Part shown: one piece after another, positions 62,166 through 64,000 of the stretch
Position numbering within the stretch: the first letter of the stretch is position 1
Layout: every line of letters starts with the position of its first letter
Assembly: GCA_963749535.1 (NCBI GenBank)
Contig: CAVVNF010000014.1
Coordinates: 2,335 to 66,334, forward strand
Source of the DNA: an uncultured Thermoleophilia bacterium
GTDB taxonomy: Bacteria; Actinomycetota; Thermoleophilia; RBG-16-64-13
Reading direction: 5' to 3'
Length of the DNA stretch: 64,000 nt
Position numbers and translations under genes: made by a program
The notes under the pieces: generated by a model
What the model was told of the DNA's origin: nothing
The model's input: the letters and a program-made list of their open reading frames with translations, nothing else
Database searches by the model: none

Positions 62166-63045
62166 GTGGTCAAGTGGATCCAGCTGCTTGTGACCGGCGT
62201 CACCCTGGGCAGCATCTACTCGCTGATCGCTCTCGGCTACGTCACCATCTACCGGACTTCTCGCATCGTGAACATGTCCCAGGGCGCGTTCGTCATGTTC
62301 GGAGCTTTCTTCACCTATTCGTTCTTGAGCGAGATCGGTCTTCCCTATTGGCTGTCCGCGATCTTCGGCATCGTTGTCGTCGTGATAATCGCGGTGGTGA
62401 TGTACCTGCTGGTGCTCCGACCTCTCATCAAGATCTCCCTGGTATCGATCATCCTCGCCACCATGGCGCTGAGCATACTGTTCGAGAACGTCTCGCTCCT
62501 CCGCTGGGGGGGGTTACGGGAAGAGCGTCCCGGCCTTCACGGGTGACAAGGCGCTCTTCTTCGGGAAGGTCGCGGTCTTTCCCCAGAGCCTGTGGGTGAT
62601 CGGTCTGATGGTCCTGGTACTCGTCGGCTTGTATGCGCTGACCAATCGCACCCGGGTCGGCAAGCAGATGACCGCCACTGCCAACGATCCAGGAGCGGCG
62701 AGCCTCTCCGGGGTGAGTACCGGGCGGATGATCATTCTGGCGTTTGCCATCTCGGCGGCGATCGGAGCCCTTGGGGGTATCGCCATTACCCCCATCAACT
62801 CGACCAACTACCTGTCGGGGGGTATCTACGCCTTGAGCGGTTTCGTGGCCGCCATCCTGGGCGGTTGGGGATCGAGTTCCGGGGCGGTCGTGGGCGGTCT
62901 CGCGCTCGGCATCATCGAGTCACTCGTCACCGGTGTCCTGCCGACCGGCTACCAGGATGCGGTCGCCTACGCCCTCCTTATCCTCCTCCTTTACTTCAGG
63001 CCCAGCGGTCTGCTCGGCGTTCCCTCGAGCGAAGGGGAGGCGTGA
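62166..63045 (+). CDS. Branched-chain amino acid-type ABC permease (LivH-like), frameshifted
   Basis: GSIYSLIALG, VNMSQG, AAILGGWGS, FRPSGLLG. Confidence 0.88.
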
Positions 63046-64000
63046 TGGGGCCATCACGAGCGGCCGCCGCCCCATCCCGTCGCATGTCCTGGAGTCGGAA
63101 CAGAGGCCTCTTTTTCAAGGCGCTCCTAGTCGTCATCCTGCTTGTCTGGCCGCTTCTCTACCAAAGCGCCTACACCATGCGGATCATGACCACGGGCGGC
63201 CTGTGGGCGATCATCACGATTGCAGTGGTCGTCATCCTGGGACAGGCCGGCCAACTCTCGTTCGGGCACTCGGCCTTCTACGGGATAGGTGCCTACACGG
63301 CCGCGTTGCTCGTCATCAAGGTCTCGTTGCCCTCGTTCCCGGCCCTTATCGTCGGGGCGCTCGTCCCGGGCGTTATCGCCCTAATCGTGGGCAGGCCGGT
63401 GCTCAAACTTCGTTACTTCTACCTGGCCCTGGCCACGATAGGCCTGGGGCAGATCTTCCTGGTCCTGGTGACTCAGCTCCGCACGATCACCGGCTCGACT
63501 ACAGGACTGGCTCCGATCCCGACCCTCTCCATCTTCGGCTTCAACTTCAACAGCAACCTGCGTCAGTACTATCTCATCTGGGTCGTGGCGGTCGTCGTCA
63601 TCCTATTCATCGACCGTGCCGTCAAGTACCGCGTGGGACGGGCGCTCCGTGGCTTGGCGACCAGCGAGATCGCCTCCTCGACCCTCGGCGTGCGGACCGC
63701 CAACTGGAAACTCCTCGCGTTCGTCACTAGCGCGGTCATCTGCGGGTTGGCCGGTGGTCTCTTCGCCTTCGTCAGCATGGCGATCACTCCGAACTCCTTC
63801 ACCTTCACGGCCGCGATCCTCCCCATCGTCATGATGCTCATCGGAGGCGGGTCGGTATGGGGCGCGGTTATCGGAGCGATCCTGATGACCTGGGTCATCA
63901 ACGGGTTCACAGCCGTTGAGCAGTACAGCGGGGTGATCTACTCGGTCATCATGATCCTGCTCCTCATCTTCCTTCCCGCGGGGCTTGCCCTCCAGCCCCA
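63045..64000 (+). CDS. LivM-like ABC permease, partial
   Basis: GQAGQLSFGHSAFYGIGAY, YLALATIG, GRALRG, MMLIGG. Confidence 0.85.
   Translation, partial: MGPSRAAAAPSRRMSWSRNRGLFFKALLVVILLVWPLLYQSAYTMRIMTTGGLWAIITIAVVVILGQAGQLSFGHSAFYGIGAYTAALLVIKVSLPSFPALIVGALVPGVIALIVGRPVLKLRYFYLALATIGLGQIFLVLVTQLRTITGSTTGLAPIPTLSIFGFNFNSNLRQYYLIWVVAVVVILFIDRAVKYRVGRALRGLATSEIASSTLGVRTANWKLLAFVTSAVICGLAGGLFAFVSMAITPNSFTFTAAILPIVMMLIGGGSVWGAVIGAILMTWVINGFTAVEQYSGVIYSVIMILLLIFLPAGLALQP

Noticed and set aside
227-63100. Numerous frameshifts (mqnE/A/C, hdr/flx, ackA, BMP and others) as pseudogenes or programmed frameshifting
   Set aside because: Scattered single-base indels hit otherwise conserved genes without codon decay or a common slippery motif; this is typical of uncorrected long-read error

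Overview
GC-rich window from an anaerobic bacterium; Thr-rich lipoprotein linkers, futalosine genes and Hdr-Flx suggest an anaerobic actinobacterium (Thermoleophilia/Coriobacteriia-like), by inference only. Many single-base frameshifts look like long-read errors. Positions 1-~3430 are a separate, apparently lower-GC fragment (flavoprotein/ferredoxin genes, DEDDh-WYL exonuclease, 3' half of sdaAA) joined to the 3' half of moaA, probably a contig join or chimera. Next come Moco genes, a diguanylate cyclase, a GT4 glycosyltransferase, and rex with a futalosine menaquinone operon. The main discovery candidate (15.6-37.1 kb) is an O2-independent vitamin B6 catabolic cluster. It contains 4-pyridoxolactonase and pyridoxamine-pyruvate aminotransferase homologues, a BMP-type ABC importer, two W-aldehyde oxidoreductases, two ADHs, a UbiD decarboxylase, a PreA-like ring reductase, hydrolases and alanine dehydrogenase. 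Downstream lie hdrCBA-flxDCBA with a Rex-like box and a decaying toxin-antitoxin region. A second unusual operon (ACP-CocE hydrolase-AcpS-Pta-AckA-thioesterase) may conserve acyl-bond energy as ATP. The window ends with miscellaneous genes and a Liv-type ABC transporter. No rRNA, tRNA or CRISPR array was recognised. Family assignments come from motifs and recalled sequences, not database searches.
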